From NCBI GenBank assembly GCA_963751345.1, contig CAVVUS010000023.1:1-64000 (forward strand): 64,000 nt of DNA, read 5' to 3'. Below the pieces are notes generated by a model that did not search any database, was not told the origin of the DNA, and saw only the letters and a program-made list of their open reading frames with translations. Position 1 is the first letter of the stretch. Each line of letters begins with the position of its first letter. The translations under genes and the position numbers were made by a program. This document shows positions 34,853 through 43,297 of this stretch, piece after piece. Source of the DNA: an uncultured Chloroflexia bacterium. GTDB lineage: Bacteria; Chloroflexota; Anaerolineae; B4-G1; SLSP01.

Positions 34853-37160
34853 CTACCGGCCGACCGCCCTGGCGTCAAATGCCGGCGGCAGTGAGGCAAT
34901 CTGTTCGAGCCAGCCTCGATAGCGATCCAGTGAGAAGGGTGGGGTGCCCAGGAGATAGTGATTGCCAAAGCTAGCCCTATCTACCTCCCATTCGATCAAG
35001 AACAGGCGATGGTCGCTTCTCGACACCGGGATGGCTCCTAACAGGCTACTGCTATTGGCCGGGCTGGTAAAGGAGCCCGACAGGAGCATCTCGTTGGTAT
35101 CTGCGTCCCGCACGGTGTAATCACCGGCGTAATCCCTCCGGCTGTCGTTCCCTGCGTAGAGACGCACGTGCCATTGAGCCGGTTCGTCGATCATCAAGCA
35201 GAGCGGGGTCTGCGAGCGCTTGATGTAGGTATAGGCGAGCTTCTTGCCGAAGTAGTAGTCGACCACGGCGTCGGAGAACTGCGGCCATCCGTCCATCAGA
35301 TTCCACCAGATCACGCCTGTGCGGCGCCACTTCTTGAGCCTGGTCATCTCGATAAAAAACTTCTTGGCCTCGGCCTGCGAAATCTGTGAGGCGAGGATGA
35401 AGGTCTCGAGATCCTGGGGTTCGATACCGAAGAGTTCCCGGATCTGGTTGGCCATCAGCTCGACCCGGTACTGACGGCTGTCATCCTTACCTGCAGGCGC
35501 TGTGCAGTGCGTAATCCATTGGTCGTTGTCCTGATAGGGCCAGAGGTGCTCCGGGTCTATGAAACGCTGGATCGATGAGAGGTTGGGACAGCCGTGGTAG
35601 CCGATCTCGCTGACGAAGTGGGCCGTATGCTGGGTGTAGAACTCGCTCTTGTAGTAGTCCCTGGGACCCCAGAGGTGCTGCTCAGGCGTCAGGCGATCTC
35701 GATCCGGTTGCCCGGCTGCTGCCGGGCCGACGTAGGGTGAGCTGGGCAGGTAAGGGCGCGAAGGGTCAGCCTGGAAGACGGCCTCGGGAAGAGTTTCGCG
35801 CGTGATGCGGTTCTGCGCGGGGTCCTGGTAGAGCATGTCGCACTCGTTGTCCCCGCACCAGAGGGCCAGCGAAGGGTGGCTGCGCAGCTTACGAGCCACG
35901 GCCACGGCCTCGCGCCGGATCGCTGCACGGAACTCCGGCGTCTGGGGATAACGCGCGCACGCCATTGCGAAGTCCTGCCATACCAGAATCCCGTGGCGGT
36001 CGCAGAAATCGAAGAACGCGTGGTCCTCGTAGACGTTGCCCCCCCAGCAGCGGATCACGTTGCAGCCGAGGTCGGCTGCCATAGAGAGGATCTCCGGGAG
36101 GCGCTCTGCATCACGACTATGGAACGCATCGACGGGTACCCAGTTCGTGCCCTTACACAGAATTGGGACGTTGTTGACGCGAAATAGGAACTCGCCGGGA
36201 GTTTCCAGGCTGGTGGTCTCGGTCCGCTCCACCGCCAGAGTACGGATGCCGAACGTGGTCGTGCGCTCTGCCAGTACCTCGGCCACCCGAGAGCAATTGC
36301 ACCGTGGTGTCGTAGAGCGCCGGCTCACCATACCCCGCAGGCCACCAGAGCTCCGGGTCCGGGATGTCAAAGGTGAGGGTGCTGGCCTTGAATCTCAGGG
36401 GACGCATGACGTCAAAATCAGACTCCCCACAGCGACCTCGCACGCGCACGTGCAGGCCGAGCAGTCGCTCGGGTTCCGTCTCCACTTCGATGTGGAGACT
36501 CACCGTGGCCCGGTCCCGTGCCAATGCCTGGGTGGAAAAGGTCAGGCTGGCGATCTCGTGCGTGTCGTGGACCATCAGCGCCACGGAACGCCAGAGGCCC
36601 GCCGACAGGGCGCGCGGCATGATGTCCCACCCAAAGGAATGAGGGGCCTTCCTGAGCCAGAGCCGGTCCTCTCCGAAGTCCCAGGCTACCATGGAGGGGT
36701 CGTATTCGTGACGCAGGGCTTCGAGCACCGGAGAGCCCAGACGCACCGTCAACGTGTTCGGACGATCGGTCAAGAGACGGCCGGTCACGTCGAACCGGTG
36801 CTCAATCAGGGCGTTCTCGGAATGGCCCAGGTTCTCTCCGTTGAGCCAATAGGTGGCTATGCAGTCCGCGCCATAGAAGACCAGCTCGGTAGTAGGGTGC
36901 GCGGCCTCAGGTGGCGCGTCGAAGGTGCGCTGGTACCACCACTCATGGAGTTCGTACGGCGCCAGCAGGTGGATGTTATCGCCGTAGAAGGGATCCGGCA
37001 GCTTCCCGGCACGCACCAGGTCCAGCTCCACATTGCCGGGCACGCGGCATGGAACTGCGGCGTCGGCGTGGGCTTCCAGGTCGTCAGGCTGACGGATCGG
37101 GCTTTCGCGTTCGGGAAAGCTGAAAAGCTTCCAGGTACCGTCTAGCGAGATCTTTTTCAC
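34853..37160 (-). CDS. Glycoside hydrolase family 2, beta-mannosidase-like (frameshift near 36290)
   Basis: VPGNVELDL..PDPFYG, RKAPHSFGWD, PELWWPAGYGEPALY, KGTNWVP, RCWGG, WQDF, LWCGDNE, FVSEIG, WNLMDGWP. Confidence 0.88.
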
Positions 37161-37175
37161 CTCTGCCTCCTGCGC

Positions 37176-39524
37176 TCAGAGCTGCACGCGTGGGCCGGTA
37201 TTGTCCCAGGCGACGATTTCGCCAATTACAGCGAGTTCGGGTAGGGCGGAGAGCGCCCGGTCGACATCGTCCTGGGCCAAGATCAGCACGAGGCCGATGC
37301 CCATGTTGTAGGTGCGGTACATCTCCATCTCACTCACGTCACCGCGCTGCTGTATCAGCCTGAACAGCGGCGGTACCTTCCAGGCCGATCGGTCGATCCG
37401 CGCTCCTACGCCATCGGGAAGCACACGGGGCAGGTTCTCAATATAGGCGCCGCCGGTGATGTGGGACATGGCCTTGATCGTAAGGCCGGCAGCCCACAGC
37501 GTCTCCACTTCGCGCAGGTAGGGCCGGTGTATAGCAAGCAACGCCTCCCCCAGGGGCCGGCCCAGCTCCGGCAGGACCGTGTCCCAACCGAGATCAGCCA
37601 GAACCCCTCGCGCCAGAGAGAAACCGTTGGTGTGCAGTCCCGATGAGGGTAATCCAAGACATACGTCGCCGGGCGTGACGCTGCTCGCGTCGATGAGGTG
37701 GGCGCGGTCGACCCACCCAATCATCGTGCCGACAAGGTCAAAGGAGCCGGGTTGGTAGACGCCAGGCATCTCGGCGGTCTCACCGCCGATGAGCACGCAG
37801 CCCACAGCTTTGCAGGCTGCAGCGCACCCGCCGACCACAGTCGCCACTAACTCGGGCTCGAGCCGTGCTGCGGCGATGTAGTCGAGGAACATCAGAGGCC
37901 GCGCGCCCTGCACCAGGATATCGTTCACACAGTGATTGACGATATCGTGACCGACAGTATCGTAGACACCCATCGCCTCTGCGACCACGGTCTTGGTCCC
38001 AACACCATCGGTCGTGGCGACGAGCACGAGGTCGTTGGCCCTGGCGAGTTTCCCCACGCTCAACGATCCGCCGAAGGCGCCGATTCCGGTCAGGACATCC
38101 TGGGTGTACGTCTGGCGCACCGCGTCTTTCATCAGGGCTACGGCCCGTTCCCCCGCATCGATGTCCACCCCGGCAGCCGCGTACGCACTTGATGGTGAGG
38201 ACTGGATGGGACGGTACTGCGTCGGCGTTGGCGTTCGCCCGTTGACCAGCGCGATATCGGTACGATAGTGCCTGTCGTCAAACCTGATGTGCCCGACTGC
38301 CCTGTAGACGCGGTCGCGGGCCTCCGCGAGCGTCGGCCCCGTAGCAGTGACCGCCAGCACGCGACCACCGTCGGTCAGGATGCGAGCTCCCTCACGCCGC
38401 GTGCCGGCGTGGAAGATCGTGTCCGCGATGCGCGCCGCGTCATCCAGTCCGGTGATAGGTTTTCCCTTTGCATATGCGCCGGGATAACCTCCGGATGCCA
38501 ATACGACGCCCACGCTGTAGCCGGGTCGCCAGGACAGGGCAAGGTCCGCAAGGCGCCCGTCGAGGCAGGCGAGCATCACCTCTGCCAGGTCCGTCTCCAA
38601 CAGCGGCATCAGGAGCTGTGTCTCGGGGTCGCCAAAACGGACGTTGAACTCGAGAACCTGGGGCCCGTCCGCGGTCAGCATCAGACCGGCATAGAGCACG
38701 CCGACGTAGGGCGTACCGCGGCGCCGCATTCCGTCGATCACGGGTCGCAGCACGCGGTCGGTGATCTCATCGACAAGTTCGGGCGTGAGATAGGGGGAGG
38801 GGGCGTAACCACCCATACCACCGGTGTTGAGCCCCTGATCGCCGTCCAGTGCTCGTTTGTAGTCACGGGCGGGAGGCATCGGGACGACGGTGATGCCATC
38901 GCTGAAGGCCAGGAGGGAGACCTCCTCGCCCTCGAGATATGCTTCCAGCAGGACCCGGTCGCCTGCTTCGCCGAAAGCTCGTTCGACCATCATCCGGTGG
39001 AGGGCCGACTGCGCTTCGTCACGAGTCTGGCATAGGAGAACCCCTTTGCCGGCGGCGAGACCGCTCGCCTTGACGACGATCGGACCCTTGTGTCGGGCCA
39101 GGGCCGCACGGGCGGCCTCGTAGTCGTCGAAGATCTCCGCGGGCGCGGTTGGTATGCCCTCTCGGAACATGAATTCCTTGGCGAAGGCCTTGGAACCCTC
39201 CAAGCGGGCAGCCGCAGCGCTTGGTCCAAAGGCGCGGAGGCCAGCGGCCTGAAAGGCATCGACGACGCCCGCGACCAGGGGCACTTCAGGCCCGACGACA
39301 GTCAGGTCGATGGCGTGACGTGTCGCGAAATCCACGAGTCCGGGGATGTCGGTGGCCGCGACCTCAACGTTCTGCGCCAGAGCGAGCGTCCCTCCGTTTC
39401 CCGGCGCCACGAAGATCTCACGTTCGGGGTCCGGCCCCCGAACGCCATTTATGTGCGATGGCTGCAACAGCTTCCAGGCTAGGGCATGCTCTCGTCCGCC
39501 CGAACCGATGATCAGGATGCGCAT
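37176..39524 (-). CDS. purD: Fused GAR synthetase PurD - AIR synthetase PurM
   Basis: Single ORF: GSGGREHAL, LEGSKAFAK, LEFNVRFGDPE, GGRVL, then YAAAGVDI, TDGVGTK, GGETAEMPG, SSGLHTNGFS, HITGG, TYNMGIG. Confidence 0.93.
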   Translation of the reverse strand: MRILIIGSGGREHALAWKLLQPSHINGVRGPDPEREIFVAPGNGGTLALAQNVEVAATDIPGLVDFATRHAIDLTVVGPEVPLVAGVVDAFQAAGLRAFGPSAAAARLEGSKAFAKEFMFREGIPTAPAEIFDDYEAARAALARHKGPIVVKASGLAAGKGVLLCQTRDEAQSALHRMMVERAFGEAGDRVLLEAYLEGEEVSLLAFSDGITVVPMPPARDYKRALDGDQGLNTGGMGGYAPSPYLTPELVDEITDRVLRPVIDGMRRRGTPYVGVLYAGLMLTADGPQVLEFNVRFGDPETQLLMPLLETDLAEVMLACLDGRLADLALSWRPGYSVGVVLASGGYPGAYAKGKPITGLDDAARIADTIFHAGTRREGARILTDGGRVLAVTATGPTLAEARDRVYRAVGHIRFDDRHYRTDIALVNGRTPTPTQYRPIQSSPSSAYAAAGVDIDAGERAVALMKDAVRQTYTQDVLTGIGAFGGSLSVGKLARANDLVLVATTDGVGTKTVVAEAMGVYDTVGHDIVNHCVNDILVQGARPLMFLDYIAAARLEPELVATVVGGCAAACKAVGCVLIGGETAEMPGVYQPGSFDLVGTMIGWVDRAHLIDASSVTPGDVCLGLPSSGLHTNGFSLARGVLADLGWDTVLPELGRPLGEALLAIHRPYLREVETLWAAGLTIKAMSHITGGAYIENLPRVLPDGVGARIDRSAWKVPPLFRLIQQRGDVSEMEMYRTYNMGIGLVLILAQDDVDRALSALPELAVIGEIVAWDNTGPRVQL

Positions 39525-39552
39525 GGACAAACAGCTCCTTGTGGCTTCTGGG

Positions 39553-41010
39553 TTACGATGATAGCTCGAAGACTGCTTTGTCCAGTCCGCTCTCGACCGC
39601 GACCGGGTAGTCACCGCTGAAACAGGCCTGGCAATGGGAATTCCCGCCCTGGGGCACAACGCTGCGCAGGCCGTCCAGCGAGAGATAGCCCAGGCTGTCG
39701 ACACCGATCTGATCGGCGATCTCCTCGACCGAGAGGTTAGCGGCGATCAACTCGTCACGCGAGGCCATGTCTACTCCCATAAAGCACGGGAAGCGAATCG
39801 GGGGCGAGGCCACCCGCATGTGGATCTCGCGGGCACCGGCCTGCCTAAGCAGCGCGACGATAGGACCGCTGGTCGTGCCCCGGACGATGGAGTCGTCGAC
39901 CAACACGATGCGTTTCCCCGTCAGATCCGGGAGCGGGTTATAGCTCAGTGCTACCTTGCGGCGGCGCAGGCGTTCGTCAGGCTGGATGAACGTCCGGCCG
40001 ATATAGCGGTTTTTGATCAGTCCCTCACCGAAGGGAATACCTGCCTCGTTGGCATAGCCGATGGCATGAGCGGTTGCGGAGTCGGGAACGCCGATGACCA
40101 TGTCGGCTTCGATAGGGTGCTCCTGGGCGACGCGCGCTCCCATCTTCCGTCGCACTGAGTGCACGGACCGGCCCTCAAGGAGTGAGTCGGGTCGCGCGAA
40201 ATAGACGTACTCAAAGATGCACATCGCCGGCCGTGGGCTCGGCGGCGTCTGCCATGAGGTAACCCCTGAAGCGTCCAAGCGCACGATCTCGCCCGGGAGA
40301 ATCTCCCGTTCGAAGGTAGCATCGATGGTGCCCAGGGCGCACGACTCAGAGGCGACGACCCATCCGGTCCCGTTGAGCCTGCCGATGCACAATGGTCTGA
40401 ACCCCCAGGGATCACGCACGGCATAGACGGCGTCTTTCGTCAGAATCGTCAGAGAGTAGGCCCCCTGGGCCTCTGTCATGAAGTCGCGGATGCGTGCCTC
40501 CCACGTCTTCCCATCGGCGCCGGCAAGCATCTGGGTGATCACTTCGCTATCCGACGAGGAGACGAGGCCCACGCCATGCTGCAACAAGTCGCGACGCAGC
40601 GCGGGCGTATTGGTGAGGTTACCATTGTGGGCGATGCCGAGCGGCCCCAGCGCTGTCTCGATCAGGTAAGGCTGCGCGTTGGTCAGCCTGACGCTGCTGC
40701 CTGTGGTCGAGTAGCGCGTGTGGCCAATACTAAGGTTGCCACGCAGAACCTGCAGGTTATCCTCGTTGAAGACCTGGGAGACCAGGCCGAGGCCCTTGTG
40801 TACGTGGGCGATACCTCGCTCAACCGTGCAGATGCCGGCACTCTCCTGGCCCCGGTGCTGCAGCGCGTAAAGCGCGAAGAAGGTCATGCGGGCTACGTCC
40901 ATGCCCGGGGCATAGACGCCGCAGATCCCGCAGGCTTCCTTGGCTTTGGGCTCGTCGAGCGTCGGGTGTTCTGATGCAAGATAGGTGGGGCGATGCCGGC
41001 TGACGCTCAT
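39553..41010 (-). CDS. purF: Amidophosphoribosyltransferase
   Basis: Propeptide then EACGI, LQHRGQESAG, GHTRYSTTG, AHNGNL, CIFEYVYFARPDS, VDDSIVRGTT, CQACF. Confidence 0.96.
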   Translation of the reverse strand: MSVSRHRPTYLASEHPTLDEPKAKEACGICGVYAPGMDVARMTFFALYALQHRGQESAGICTVERGIAHVHKGLGLVSQVFNEDNLQVLRGNLSIGHTRYSTTGSSVRLTNAQPYLIETALGPLGIAHNGNLTNTPALRRDLLQHGVGLVSSSDSEVITQMLAGADGKTWEARIRDFMTEAQGAYSLTILTKDAVYAVRDPWGFRPLCIGRLNGTGWVVASESCALGTIDATFEREILPGEIVRLDASGVTSWQTPPSPRPAMCIFEYVYFARPDSLLEGRSVHSVRRKMGARVAQEHPIEADMVIGVPDSATAHAIGYANEAGIPFGEGLIKNRYIGRTFIQPDERLRRRKVALSYNPLPDLTGKRIVLVDDSIVRGTTSGPIVALLRQAGAREIHMRVASPPIRFPCFMGVDMASRDELIAANLSVEEIADQIGVDSLGYLSLDGLRSVVPQGGNSHCQACFSGDYPVAVESGLDKAVFELSS

Positions 41011-41477
41011 CGAGGGCCCTGGTCCGCGTCGAGGAGACGCTGCGCCTGCCCGGCTTGCGCCTCGCGGACCCGGTCCCGGAGTGCAGGATCGGTCAGCCCC
41101 AGGACCTTGGCGGCGAGCAACGCGGCATTTCGGGGCTCCAGCACCACCGCGGGAGCGACACCCGATGGCGTGCGAAGTGATGAGTAAATGTCCCCGCCGC
41201 TGAAGGTGTCGGAGTAGGGTGGGCACGCGATGACGGGTCCCTGCACGGCAGCATCGACCATCCCACTCAGCGCGTTGCTGCGACCTGCGACCGTGACGTA
41301 CACCTTAGGGTCGGGGTCCGCTTCGTATTCGGCCAATAGATCGAGGAGGTGGCGGGGGGTCTTGTGGGCCGAGGCGATGCGGGTGACCCAGCGGATGCCA
41401 TACTCCTCCAATGCATCGGTGATCTGCGTGGTGAAAGCCAGATCAGCCGGCGATCCCATAATGACAACTGCTAGCAT
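41007..41477 (-). CDS. purE: AIR carboxylase PurE, class II type
   Basis: IMGSPAD, SAHK, VAGRSNALSG, IACPP, IYSSLRTPSG. Confidence 0.9.
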   Translation of the reverse strand: MLAVVIMGSPADLAFTTQITDALEEYGIRWVTRIASAHKTPRHLLDLLAEYEADPDPKVYVTVAGRSNALSGMVDAAVQGPVIACPPYSDTFSGGDIYSSLRTPSGVAPAVVLEPRNAALLAAKVLGLTDPALRDRVREAQAGQAQRLLDADQGPR

Positions 41478-41503
41478 AGATGATGCCTCCGGTGGGGGCT
41501 GTT

Positions 41504-42460
41504 TCAGCAATAGGCCTTGGCGACGGCAGAGATCCGTGGCCCGGCAGGATACTCGCCCGGTTCGAAGCTCTGTCCCGTGAGGCCCTCGTAGAGAGCGACG
41601 TAGCGGTACGCTGCCTCAGCGATCACGCTGGCAGGCAGATCGGGGCGAGGTCCGTCCCCGCGATAGCCCTGTCGAGCATACCACAGGCGCACGTACTCCT
41701 TGTCCCACTGATCGGGCTGAGCTTCCTTCATCGTATCAGCCTTCCAGAACCGGCTGGAGTCGGGCGTGTGCACTTCGTCGATCAGCATCAGCGAGCCGTC
41801 GGGCGCCCAGCCGAATTCGTATTTTGTGTCAACCAGACAGAAACCTGCTGCCTCTGCGACCTCCTGGCCCCGTCTGAAGATGCTCAGAGCCGCCTGCTGG
41901 ACCACGTCCCACGTCTCGCGATCCAGCAAGCCACGTTCGACCACTTCGGCGCACGTGAGGCGCTCGTCGTGTTCGCCGGGCCCCGCCTTGGTGGTGGGGG
42001 TGATGATAGGCTCCGGCAGTGGATCGTTTTTCTCCAGGCCCTCCGGGAAGAGGTAACCGTAGATCTGGCGATGGCCGGCGTCGTATAGAGTCCAGAGCGC
42101 CGTCTTCGTAGAGCCCGTGATATACCCCCGGACGATGACCTCAACGGGGAGCGGGCGGCACGCCTGCACCAAGCTCATGTTAGGATCCGGAACGTCGAGC
42201 AAGTGATTGGCGACCACGTCGGCGGTCTGCTCGAACCAGAATGCGCTGAGTTGGTTGAGCACCTGGCCCTTGTAGGGAAGGGCGGCCAGGACAACATCGA
42301 AAGCCGACAGACGGTCCGTCGTGACAAGCAGCTTCCGCCGGCCCGGAAGGTCAAGCGACTCGCGCACCTTACCGCTCCCACGTCCATAGGGCCAGTCGAG
42401 ATCCAGGCTGACCAACGCCTGAGGGATCATAGCTTCCAAGGTCTCTCTAGGGAGCATCAT
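41504..42460 (-). CDS. purC: SAICAR synthetase (long, Ade1/plant-like subtype)
   Basis: GKVR, TDRLSAFD, KGQVLNQ, PVEVIVRGY, TPTTK, VDTKYEFG, DEVHTPDSSRFW, DKEYVR. Confidence 0.94.
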   Translation of the reverse strand: MMLPRETLEAMIPQALVSLDLDWPYGRGSGKVRESLDLPGRRKLLVTTDRLSAFDVVLAALPYKGQVLNQLSAFWFEQTADVVANHLLDVPDPNMSLVQACRPLPVEVIVRGYITGSTKTALWTLYDAGHRQIYGYLFPEGLEKNDPLPEPIITPTTKAGPGEHDERLTCAEVVERGLLDRETWDVVQQAALSIFRRGQEVAEAAGFCLVDTKYEFGWAPDGSLMLIDEVHTPDSSRFWKADTMKEAQPDQWDKEYVRLWYARQGYRGDGPRPDLPASVIAEAAYRYVALYEGLTGQSFEPGEYPAGPRISAVAKAYC

Positions 42461-42490
42461 TTCCCCTTTCGCGCGCAAGGTGTGCACAGG

Positions 42491-43267
42491 CTACAGCTCT
42501 GCTGCATACCGGACGCCCTGCTCGAAAAGTGCCAGCCCCAGGCCCCGTGTCTCGCCGCGCGTCCGGCGTGGGTGCTGCTCGGGGAGCACGTGGTCCTCAG
42601 GATGAGGCATCAGGCCGAAGACCGTGCCGGAGGCATCGCATATCCCCGCGATGTCCGCGGTCGACCCGTTAGGATTGTCAGGATATGCGATGGTGCCGCC
42701 GTCGGCGGTCGTATAGGTCAGTGCGATCTGGTCGCCTGCTCGCAGTGTCGAGAGTGCCGCGTCATCCCTCGGCACGAATCGTCCCTCGCCGTGGGCGACG
42801 GGACAGGTGATGGGATCTCTCAGTCCCCGCGTGAAGACGCAGGGGCTGTCGGGGTTCGGCTCAAGCCAGACCCAACGACACTCGAAGCGATTTGACACAT
42901 TCCGCGTCAGCGTCGCTGCTGGATCACCGGTATGTGGACCCGGGAGCCACCCGCTCTTAACCAGCGCCTGGAAGCCGTTGCAGATCCCAACGACGGGTCT
43001 GCCGGTCTCCACAAAGCTCGCCAACTCATCCTCAAAGAGCCAGCGCAAGTCCGTGGCCAGCAGACGTCCGGCGCCGAGAGCGTCTCCGTAGGAGAAGCCT
43101 CCGGGCAGCACGAGCATATGATAGTCGTGTAGCCGCCGTGGGTTCTCACGCAATTCATTGACGTGGAGCACGGTGGGACGTCCCCCCGCTCGATCGATGG
43201 CGAAGGCGGCGTCACCGTCTCGGTTGGTGCCTGTCGCCTGCAGAATTAGCACGTGGGGTTGGCTCAA
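42491..43267 (-). CDS. purQ: FGAM synthase glutaminase subunit
   Basis: GTNRD, PGGFSYGD, GICNGFQ, AHGEG, NPNGS, MPHPE. Confidence 0.95.
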   Translation of the reverse strand: MSQPHVLILQATGTNRDGDAAFAIDRAGGRPTVLHVNELRENPRRLHDYHMLVLPGGFSYGDALGAGRLLATDLRWLFEDELASFVETGRPVVGICNGFQALVKSGWLPGPHTGDPAATLTRNVSNRFECRWVWLEPNPDSPCVFTRGLRDPITCPVAHGEGRFVPRDDAALSTLRAGDQIALTYTTADGGTIAYPDNPNGSTADIAGICDASGTVFGLMPHPEDHVLPEQHPRRTRGETRGLGLALFEQGVRYAAEL

Positions 43268-43297
43268 CGCTCGTTGTCTCCCATCTCTATAGCTCCT

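Noticed and set aside
37176-41226. Long N-terminal extensions on the purD (to 39704) and purF (to 41226) ORFs
   Set aside because: They overlap upstream genes; real starts are at 39524 and 41010.
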